NCBI GenBank assembly: GCA_964646415.1
Contig: CAZYEL010000003.1
Coordinates: 11,639 to 75,638 of the forward strand
From: an uncultured Candidatus Saccharibacteria bacterium
GTDB lineage: Bacteria; Patescibacteriota; Minisyncoccia; UBA6257; 2-01-FULL-56-20
Direction: 5' to 3'
Length of the DNA: 64,000 nucleotides
This document shows positions 1 through 7,533 of the stretch, piece by piece. The notes under the pieces were generated by a model. That model was not told the DNA's origin. It was given only the letters and a program-made list of their open reading frames with translations, and did not search any database. Made by a program: the position numbers and the translations under genes. Positions within the stretch are counted from its first letter, which is position 1; each line of letters begins with the position of its first letter.

Positions 1-645
1 GATGCCGAATACTGCTTCTGGGTAACCTCTTCTTCCCACATGTTCGGCTGCGCGAATATCCGCAAAAAAGAATACTGTATTTTGAACAGGCAGTATTCAA
101 AGGAGGAGTATGGAAAGTTGAGAATAAAAATAATAGAGGGCATGAACAAGAATCCATATGTAGATGCGGCGGGCATTGCATATAAATACGGCGAGTTCTT
201 CCCCATGGAATTGAACCTGCACGCCTACAACGAAACGCAGGCGATGGACTTTTTCCCCATCACCGAGGCGGAAGCGAAGAAAAAGGGCTATCTCTGGAGA
301 GAATTACCGTCTCCCAACGCGCAGCCCACGCTCTCCGCCGCCCAAGTCCCGGACAGCATCCACGACGTAAAAGACGACATACTCAAAGAAATTATCGAGT
401 GCGGGTCCTGCAAAAAACCGTTCCGCATAGTAAGGCCGGAGCTCGACCTCCTGCGGCGCTTCGCCTTGCCGGTCCCCGCGCAATGCTTCAGTTGCAGGCA
501 CATGGCGCGTCTCGCAAGAATAACCCCGCCCCGCCTTTGGGACCGCGCATGCGCGAAGTGCAATGCGCCGATTAAAACCTCATACTCCCCCGAGCGTCCG
601 GAGATGGTGTATTGTGAAAATTGCTACCGCCAGGAAACTGCATGA
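1..645 (+). CDS. Cys-rich CPR-type hypothetical protein, paralogue 1 (5'-truncated by window edge)
   Basis: Frame open from base 1; shares FGC..K.YCILN.QYSKEEY, YKYGEFFP, CxxC and the VYCExCY.E.A C-terminus with neighbouring paralogues. Confidence 0.9.
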   Translation, partial: DAEYCFWVTSSSHMFGCANIRKKEYCILNRQYSKEEYGKLRIKIIEGMNKNPYVDAAGIAYKYGEFFPMELNLHAYNETQAMDFFPITEAEAKKKGYLWRELPSPNAQPTLSAAQVPDSIHDVKDDILKEIIECGSCKKPFRIVRPELDLLRRFALPVPAQCFSCRHMARLARITPPRLWDRACAKCNAPIKTSYSPERPEMVYCENCYRQETA

Positions 646-657
646 GAGCAATTTTCA

Positions 658-676
658 CCCTGAGCTTGTCGAAGGG
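658..676. repeat. Hairpin element family A (CCC-TGAGCTTGTCGAA-GGG)
   Basis: Same core at 4981-4999 (reverse), 62716-62734 and 63582-63602. Confidence 0.85.
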
Positions 677-720
677 CGATAAATGTTATTTTGCACAAGT
701 CAACTAATAACTTATAACCA

Positions 721-2529
721 ATGACGGAGACCCGGAATTGCAAAAACTGTTCCACACAATTCACCATCGAGCCCGACGATTTTTCGTTTTACGAGAAAAT
801 AAAAGTCCCGCCGCCCACATGGTGCCCGGAGTGCAGATTCCGGCGGAGAATCATCTGGCGAAATGAGCGGAAGCTTTTCCGGGGGAAAAGCGCCTTAACC
901 GGCCAAAACCTGTTCACCCTTTTCCCTCCCGAAGCGGGCTACATTCTTTACAAGAATGATGAATGGAGAGGCGGATACGACCCGCTTGCATATGGGCAGG
1001 AAGTGGATTTCTCGCGTCCTTTTCTCACGCAACTTTTCGAACTCGACAAGAAAGTCCCGAAACCCGCGGGCAGCGCCGCGAGAATGGTAAACAGCGAATA
1101 CTCGGATAACGCAAGCGACCTCAAAAACTGCTATCTCCTCTTCAATTCGAATTTCACCGAAGACAGCGCATACGGGAACGGCGTTGACCGGTGCAGGCAA
1201 TGCTTCGACAACTCGCATATTCAGGAATGCGAGCGGTGCTACCACTCGTTCTGGCTCACCAAGTGCTATGAAACCCACTTTTCTTCCCGCTGCGAGGACT
1301 GCACGAATATGTGGCTCTCGAAGGACTGCCGGGGCTGCAGCAATTGCTTCGGGTGCGTCAATTTGCGCGCGCAGAAGTACTGCATCTTCAATGAGCAATA
1401 TTCGAAAGAAGAATACCAGGCGAAACTCAAGGAATTGAATCTCTCGTCATGGAAAAATCTTTCCGAAGCGGGCGGGAAGGCAAAAGAGTTCTGGCTCCGG
1501 TTCCCGAATAAATTCATGCAGGGAGTGCAAAACATAAACGTGAGCGGCGAGTTCATCACACACTCCAAAAATGTTTTGGACAGCTACCTTATCCGCTCAA
1601 GCGAAAATCTCCGCTACACGCAGTACTCCCAGGTGCCGTCTTCGAAAGATTGCTACGATTCCTCGCTTATTGGCTGCAACGCGGAGTTGCTATACGAATC
1701 CTCCATATGCGGCTGGGGCGCATCAAACATCAAATTCTCCTGGGAATGCTGGGATAGCGCGGCGAACATGGAATACTGCATTTACTGCAACACCTCTTCC
1801 GACCTCTTCGGCTGCGCGGGCGTGCAGAAAAAGCAGTACTGCATTCTGAACAAACAGTATTCGAAAGAGGACTACTTCTCCATTCGTGAGAAAATAATCC
1901 GGCACATGAACGAAATGCCGTACTTGTCGCATGTCGCTAATCGCAAATCGCCAATTGAGTACAAATACGGGGAATTCTTTCCTCCTGAATTTTCTCCCTT
2001 CGCGTACACCCACACGATTTCACCCGACCACTTCCCTCTTTCGAAAGATGAGGCGCAGGCACTTGGATTCCGCTGGGCGGACGCGAACCCCACCGAGTAC
2101 CACACCACAAAGGACGCAAAAGACATTCCCGAAAAAATTGAGGACGTGCTCCCGGAAATAATCAAAGAAATCCTGAAATGCGAGAAGTGTGGCCGGGCGT
2201 ACCGCCTTATCGAACCGGAACTCCAATTCTTGAAACAGCTGGGAATCCCCGCTCCGCGGTGGTGCGTAGACTGCCGCCATAACGACCGTGTGAGCCAAAG
2301 GAACCGCGCGGTGTTCTACGACAGGAAGTGCCAGTGCTTGCCCACCGAAGCTTCAGCGAAGGAGGGAGTAGGCGTGAAGAGTAAGAATGAAAATAAGTAT
2401 GAGTATAAAAATACTACAACGCATTTCCACGGCGACGCGCCTTGCCCGAATGAGTTTAAAACCAGCTACTCCCCGGAACGGCAGGACATCGTGTACTGCG
2501 AGCAATGCTATCAGGCAGAAGTTGCATAG
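721..2529 (+). CDS. Cys-rich CPR-type hypothetical protein, paralogue 2 (N-terminal zinc-ribbon-like CxxC/CPxCR, central Cys/Ser/Asn repeats, C-terminal CxxC)
   Basis: 602-aa ORF; CKNC..FTIEPDDFSFYEKIKVPPPTWCPECR start. Confidence 0.92.
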   Translation: MTETRNCKNCSTQFTIEPDDFSFYEKIKVPPPTWCPECRFRRRIIWRNERKLFRGKSALTGQNLFTLFPPEAGYILYKNDEWRGGYDPLAYGQEVDFSRPFLTQLFELDKKVPKPAGSAARMVNSEYSDNASDLKNCYLLFNSNFTEDSAYGNGVDRCRQCFDNSHIQECERCYHSFWLTKCYETHFSSRCEDCTNMWLSKDCRGCSNCFGCVNLRAQKYCIFNEQYSKEEYQAKLKELNLSSWKNLSEAGGKAKEFWLRFPNKFMQGVQNINVSGEFITHSKNVLDSYLIRSSENLRYTQYSQVPSSKDCYDSSLIGCNAELLYESSICGWGASNIKFSWECWDSAANMEYCIYCNTSSDLFGCAGVQKKQYCILNKQYSKEDYFSIREKIIRHMNEMPYLSHVANRKSPIEYKYGEFFPPEFSPFAYTHTISPDHFPLSKDEAQALGFRWADANPTEYHTTKDAKDIPEKIEDVLPEIIKEILKCEKCGRAYRLIEPELQFLKQLGIPAPRWCVDCRHNDRVSQRNRAVFYDRKCQCLPTEASAKEGVGVKSKNENKYEYKNTTTHFHGDAPCPNEFKTSYSPERQDIVYCEQCYQAEVA

Positions 2530-2556
2530 CGCATGTGCCCTTGCTACCATTCAACC

Positions 2557-2754
2557 ATGGCAACAGGCACAGCGTTAAAAAACCATAAGCTTTCTCCCGC
2601 CCTCCGCGCGTTTGTGCTTGAGGTGTTGCAAGGCGTCCTCCGCGACCCTGATTTCGGACGGGAGTTCACCGCAACCGCGCGGCGAAGACTTCGTGCCGCA
2701 TCCCAAACGAAAAAAACCGTTTCTTTCGCAGAAATCAAGCGGCGCTACGGGTAA
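2557..2754 (+). CDS. Putative antitoxin of RelE/ParE pair
   Basis: Small ORF directly upstream of the toxin; ends in KTVSFAEIKRRYG, typical of such antitoxins. Confidence 0.7.
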   Translation: MATGTALKNHKLSPALRAFVLEVLQGVLRDPDFGREFTATARRRLRAASQTKKTVSFAEIKRRYG

Positions 2755-2757
2755 GCC

Positions 2758-3024
2758 ATGGGAAAGTGGGCAATAGAGTTTTCCGTCGCTGCCACGCGGG
2801 ACATCTTGCGCCTTGACCGCCCGCTCCGCCACCACGTGATTGCAAAACTTGACTGGCTCGCGGCTCACTTTGATGAAATATCTCCGGTTCCTCTCACGGG
2901 AGAATTCAGCGGATTCTATAAATTGCGCATCGGCGATCTCCGCATCGCATATAAGATTGAGTGGAACATGCACCGGCTCATCGTACATTATATTGACTGG
3001 CGCGAACATATTTATAAAAAATAG
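2758..3024 (+). CDS. RelE/ParE family toxin
   Basis: 88 aa; IEFS..A.RD, PLTGEFSGFYKLRIGDLRIAY motif. Confidence 0.85.
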   Translation: MGKWAIEFSVAATRDILRLDRPLRHHVIAKLDWLAAHFDEISPVPLTGEFSGFYKLRIGDLRIAYKIEWNMHRLIVHYIDWREHIYKK

Positions 3025-3032
3025 CGCGTACT

Positions 3033-3161
3033 ATGAACTCCGAAACAAGAATCTGTCCCGTAAAATCACGAGCGTATGCGAGTAAATTTTACGTGGATCC
3101 CGTGATTCTTCGCTTGTGCGAAGAATTCTACGGGACAAAAACGCTCGTGATCACGGGATAA
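3033..3161 (+). pseudogene. Orphan N-terminal stub (MNSETRIC) of a Cys-rich paralogue fused to nested hairpins
   Basis: ATGAACTCCGAAAC is identical to the start of 4961; followed by nested TCCCGT...ACGGGA inverted repeats and a stop. Confidence 0.6.
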
Positions 3162-3165
3162 ACCA

Positions 3166-4914
3166 ATGAACAAAGAACAGCGTCAATGTAAAAATTGTAA
3201 TTCTCCGTTTATAATCGAGCCCGACGATTTTTCGTTCTATGAAAAGATAGGCGTACCCGCCCCGATGTTCTGCCCAGATTGCCGGTTTCAGCGGCGGCTT
3301 TTGTGGCGGAATGAGCGGACGTTCTACCGGCGCGCGTGCGACCTCTGCAAGCGAAACATGATAGCGGTGTACCCCGCCGAAACACCCTTTCCTGTTTACT
3401 GCCAAAAGTGCTGGTGGTCGGATAAATGGAATCCGCTCTCTTATGGGCAAGACGTAGATTTTTCGAGGCCATTTTTCGATCAAGTAAAAGAGTTGTGGAG
3501 CAAAGTCCCCGCGCTCTCCATGCAAAACGACGACGGCATCGCAAGCACAAATTCCGAGTACGCCTACGATTGGGCCTTCAGCAAAAATACTTATATGAGC
3601 GTGTGCGGCTGGTTCACAGAAAACTGCCTCTATTCCTACTACGCCTGCTATGACAAAGATATTATGGACTGCTACTACGTAAGCAATTCCGAACTTGTAT
3701 ATAAAGTGACTTCTGCCGATAAGTGCTATGCCTCCAAATACTGCACACAAGTTTACGACTCCACTGACTGCACGCTTTCGCACGATCTCCGCGGATGCTC
3801 GCACTGTACGATGTGCGTAGGTCTCCGGAATAAGCAATGCTGCATTTTAAACCAGCAATATTCGAAAGAAAAATACGCGGCGAAACTCAAAGAGCTCAAT
3901 CTCGGAGATCGCGAATCGCTCGCCGCACACACGAAAGAATTCCAAGAATTTTCGCTCCGCACACCTAGAAAATTCGCCGACATGTTGAAATCAGTCCTCT
4001 GCACAGGAGACAACCTACTCGCATCCAAAAATTCCAAAAACTGTTTCTATGCAATGAAACTAGAGAACTGCCGTTACATAGCAAACGTGGACGAGGCAAA
4101 AGATTCATACGACTGCAATAACACCGGACGCCCCGAACTTTGCTATGAATCCGTAACCCCGGATATGTCCAAGGGAAACAAATTCGGGGTTTTCTGCTGG
4201 AAATGCACGGAGGCGGAATATTCGAACAACTGCCACTCATGCGTAAGCGTAATGGGATCTTCGGGGCTAAAACACACCTCCTACGCAATTTTGAATAAAC
4301 AGTATGACAAAGAATCCTTCGGCAAGCTCCGGACGCGCATCATCGAACAAATGAAGCGCGCCGGCGAGTGGGGAGAATTTTTTCCGCATACGCTCTCGCC
4401 GCACGCATATAACGAAACCGCCGCGCTTGAATGGTTCCCGCTCGAAAAAGAAGCCGCGCTGAAGCAAGGATACAGATGGAAAGATGAAGAGAAAAAGGAA
4501 TATTCGCCTACGAAAACTGCGGCAGACCTACCTAAAACCATCGCGGAAACCGATGATTCGATATTAAACGACATCATTGAATGCGCGCATAAAGGAACAT
4601 GCAACCACAAATGCACTACTGCGTTTCGGGTTGTGGCGGCCGAACTCCAGCTCTACCGCAAGCTCGATATTCCGATTCCCATGCTCTGCCCGAACTGCAG
4701 GCACTACGCACGGCTCGCGATTCGAAATCCTGCGAAACTATGGAAGCGCGCATGCCAGTGCGCCGGAGCAAGCTCCGAAAACGGAATCTACAAAAACACT
4801 GTCAATCATAGTCATGGCAATGGTCATTGTGAAGTTTCTTTTGAGACCTCGTTCGCACCCGAAAGACCAGAAATCGTATATTGTGAAAGTTGTTATAACA
4901 GCGAGATTGCCTAA
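3166..4914 (+). CDS. Cys-rich CPR-type hypothetical protein, paralogue 3
   Basis: 582-aa ORF with the same conserved termini. Confidence 0.92.
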   Translation: MNKEQRQCKNCNSPFIIEPDDFSFYEKIGVPAPMFCPDCRFQRRLLWRNERTFYRRACDLCKRNMIAVYPAETPFPVYCQKCWWSDKWNPLSYGQDVDFSRPFFDQVKELWSKVPALSMQNDDGIASTNSEYAYDWAFSKNTYMSVCGWFTENCLYSYYACYDKDIMDCYYVSNSELVYKVTSADKCYASKYCTQVYDSTDCTLSHDLRGCSHCTMCVGLRNKQCCILNQQYSKEKYAAKLKELNLGDRESLAAHTKEFQEFSLRTPRKFADMLKSVLCTGDNLLASKNSKNCFYAMKLENCRYIANVDEAKDSYDCNNTGRPELCYESVTPDMSKGNKFGVFCWKCTEAEYSNNCHSCVSVMGSSGLKHTSYAILNKQYDKESFGKLRTRIIEQMKRAGEWGEFFPHTLSPHAYNETAALEWFPLEKEAALKQGYRWKDEEKKEYSPTKTAADLPKTIAETDDSILNDIIECAHKGTCNHKCTTAFRVVAAELQLYRKLDIPIPMLCPNCRHYARLAIRNPAKLWKRACQCAGASSENGIYKNTVNHSHGNGHCEVSFETSFAPERPEIVYCESCYNSEIA

Positions 4915-4920
4915 TTCCAC

Positions 4921-4950
4921 TATTCGCTCATTCGCGCGAATGAGCGAATA
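4921..4950. repeat. Perfect 30-bp palindrome TATTCGCTCATTCGC|GCGAATGAGCGAATA
   Basis: Read directly; resembles the GCGAAT(A) periodic repeat family. Confidence 0.85.
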
Positions 4951-4960
4951 AGAAACCACA

Positions 4961-6772
4961 ATGAACTCCGAAACCAGAACCACTTCGACAAGCTCAGTGC
5001 AAGCTTGCCAAAACTGTAAACAACCCTTCACAATTGAACCGGAAGATTTTACGTTCTATGAAAAGATAAAAGTTCCGCCACCCACGTGGTGCTGGCGGTG
5101 CCGCGCCATACGGCGAATGTCGTTCCGGAACATGACACACCTCTATCCGCGCATATGTGCCGCGACGGGGAAAAAGATCTACACGCTCATGCCGCCAGAG
5201 GCACCTATGCCGGTGTATAACTTGGAATACTGGATGAGTGACGCATGGGACCCTCTATCCTACGGACACGACTATGATTTCTCAAGACCGTTTTTCGAGC
5301 AGTTCCAAGAACTATATCATCAAGTACCCTACGGAATGATTACTTCAGTAGGGTCAGTAAATAGCGACTACAGTTCTACTATCTGGTCTAAAAATTGCTA
5401 TTTGTGCTTTGATGGGGGTTTCGGCGAAGACAGCGCTCATAATGTTACTCTCCAGCGGAGCAAACAATGTTTCGATACCATCAACTGCAAAGTCTGCGAG
5501 CTATGCTACTTCTCCATCAATATAAGCAATTCGTACAAAGTGTTCTTTTCCCGGAACTGCAGCTCATGCAGCGAAGTATGGTTTAGTCAGGACTGCATAG
5601 GTTGCACAAATTGTTTTGGCTGTACGGGATTACGCAACAAAAGTTATTTCATATTCAACGAACCTCACACCAAAGAGACCTACAAAAGAAAACTGGAGGA
5701 ACTAGGAATAAATTCATGGTCAGGAATTGAGATTTTAAAGCGGCGAGTTATGGAAGTTTGGCGAAAGTATCCGGTGAAATATATGCACAGCGTACAAGCG
5801 AAAGGGTGTACCGGTGACTACCTCTTTCATGCCAGCGAACTGCGCAACTGTTTCTTTGCTGACGGCGCACAAAACTGCGCACACTCTCAAAGCATCATTT
5901 ATAGTCCGATAAAAGATTGCATGGACATCACTTCTTCGGGTGTCACTATAGAATTGTGCTATGAAACGTGCTGCTCGGGGGCAGACCTTTCAAAGGTTTT
6001 CTTTTGTATGGAAGTTAATTCCGTCACCAACTCGCAGTATTCAATGGCGTGCAGCAACAGCAATAATTTGTTCGGATGTGTCGGGGTTCGAAAGAAAAAC
6101 TACTGCGTCTTGAACAAGCAATATTCGAAAGAAGAATACAACGCACTTGTTTCCAAAATCATCGAGCATATGGACAAAATGCCATACGTGGATGCGAAGG
6201 GGCGCGTGTATAAATATGGCGAATTTTTCCCGCCAGAGATGAGCCCCTTTGGATACAACATCACACAGGGACAGGAATATTTCCCAATGACGCAACAAGA
6301 AGCGGAAGCGCAGGGACTTAAATGGCGAGAACCGGAGAAAAAATCATATACCACAACAAAGACATCAAAAGATTTGCCGGACACCATCGGCGAAGTGGGA
6401 GATGAAATAACAAGCGAAGTAATTCAATGTGCGCACGATGAGAAAGGGAATCACCCGTTTGATTGCGCACCAAGCTGTTCCACCGCGTTCCGTATCATTC
6501 CTCAGGAAATCCAATTTTACCGACAAATGAAATTGCCGATCCCCCGACTTTGCTTCCACTGCCGCCACTTTGAGCGGGTCGCATGGCGAAATAAACCAGC
6601 ACTGTATTCCCGGAAGTGCGCATGCGCGGGAACAAAATCAGGAGAATACCAAAACGGAGTTCTGCACTTCCACGGCGACAAACCCTGCCCGAATGAGTTC
6701 GAAACCTCGTTCGCATCGGATAGAGCAGAAATAGTATATTGCGAACAATGTTACAACTCAGAAATCGCGTAG
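4961..6772 (+). CDS. Cys-rich CPR-type hypothetical protein, paralogue 4 (in-frame hairpin insert TTSTSSVQA at N-terminus)
   Basis: 603-aa ORF with the same architecture. Confidence 0.92.
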   Translation: MNSETRTTSTSSVQACQNCKQPFTIEPEDFTFYEKIKVPPPTWCWRCRAIRRMSFRNMTHLYPRICAATGKKIYTLMPPEAPMPVYNLEYWMSDAWDPLSYGHDYDFSRPFFEQFQELYHQVPYGMITSVGSVNSDYSSTIWSKNCYLCFDGGFGEDSAHNVTLQRSKQCFDTINCKVCELCYFSINISNSYKVFFSRNCSSCSEVWFSQDCIGCTNCFGCTGLRNKSYFIFNEPHTKETYKRKLEELGINSWSGIEILKRRVMEVWRKYPVKYMHSVQAKGCTGDYLFHASELRNCFFADGAQNCAHSQSIIYSPIKDCMDITSSGVTIELCYETCCSGADLSKVFFCMEVNSVTNSQYSMACSNSNNLFGCVGVRKKNYCVLNKQYSKEEYNALVSKIIEHMDKMPYVDAKGRVYKYGEFFPPEMSPFGYNITQGQEYFPMTQQEAEAQGLKWREPEKKSYTTTKTSKDLPDTIGEVGDEITSEVIQCAHDEKGNHPFDCAPSCSTAFRIIPQEIQFYRQMKLPIPRLCFHCRHFERVAWRNKPALYSRKCACAGTKSGEYQNGVLHFHGDKPCPNEFETSFASDRAEIVYCEQCYNSEIA

Positions 6773-6915
6773 GAGATTGCCTGCCCCGCGTAGAGCGGCG
6801 TGGCCGCCACGCGGCTTTACGCCGTGATGAGCGACCGTGTCCCGTGCGAAGTTTTACGGGAAGCGAATTTTACGGGGTGTACTGCGAGGCTTGTTATAAC
6901 GCGGAGATAGCGTAA
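6773..6915 (+). pseudogene. Nested hairpins followed by an orphan C-terminal stub (VYCEACYNAEIA*) of a Cys-rich paralogue
   Basis: 6877-6915 encodes the family's conserved last 12 residues plus a stop, preceded by CCCCG...TTTTACGGGG repeats. Confidence 0.7.
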
Positions 6916-7159
6916 CAATTTCTCTCCTCTCCACTATTTCATCTGTTTTATTTCTAGCTCGCGTTTCGCAGTTTCAAACTTTGCCACAAAATGATCAAAG
7001 AATCATTCATAAAAGAAATGTAACTTCTCCCCTGCGCGTTCCCCAACAACACGCCGTCATATCTCTTGCGGGGCTTCTCGCAGCGCGGCGGCGCGAGAGT
7101 GAGCGCTGCGGCAGCCCGCCGCAGACAGTGTCCCCGCAAGAGATATGCACAAGTGAATC

Positions 7160-7187
7160 TTGACACCCCTCCCCTCCGGCGTACGAT
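7160..7187 (+). promoter_or_regulatory. Sigma70-type promoter TTGACA-16-TACGAT
   Basis: Near-consensus hexamers upstream of the riboswitch. Confidence 0.65.
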
Positions 7188-7244
7188 GACAATACAAGTT
7201 GCGTAGTTGCGAAAGTATGCAACTCATTAAAAATTAGCAGTGAG

Positions 7245-7387
7245 TCCAGAGAAACCCGCCGTCGCATAAAGCTATGGCGTGGTAACAGGGGAAGCGGGTG
7301 TAAATCCCGCACAGTGCCGCTACGGTGAAGCCCGCCTACGTTCATAAAGAACTTCGGCGAGGCGCAGTCCGAATACCAACCTCTGGA
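7245..7387 (+). ncRNA. Cobalamin riboswitch aptamer
   Basis: AGGGGAA-GCGGGTGTAAATCCCGC-ACAGTGCCGCTACGGTGA...AGTCCGAATACC B12-box motifs; closing stem TCCAGAG/CTCTGGA. Confidence 0.85.
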
Positions 7388-7444
7388 AAGTTCGTGTTTG
7401 CTTCTCGGTGCAAGAGGCAACTGATACTCGTCCCATCAGGTTTT

Positions 7445-7469
7445 CTCTTGCCGCGTGCAAGAGTTTTTT
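7445..7469 (+). terminator. Riboswitch-controlled intrinsic terminator
   Basis: CTCTTGC-cgcgt-GCAAGAG followed by T-tract; competing GCAAGAG antiterminator strand at 7410-7416. Confidence 0.75.
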
Positions 7470-7533
7470 GTTTTTCGTGTGCGAAAAACACCCTGAGCAA
7501 GCGAAGCGTGTCGAAGGGTATACCTCTACTTTT

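Noticed and set aside
1-6915. Diversity-generating retroelement acting on the Cys-rich array
   Set aside because: No reverse transcriptase in the window and no TR/VR pair differing only at adenines was seen; the stub differs from gene ends mainly at synonymous sites.
7408-7533. Upstream extension of the B12-binding protein ORF
   Set aside because: Overlaps the riboswitch terminator; ATG 7534 gives a proper signal peptide.
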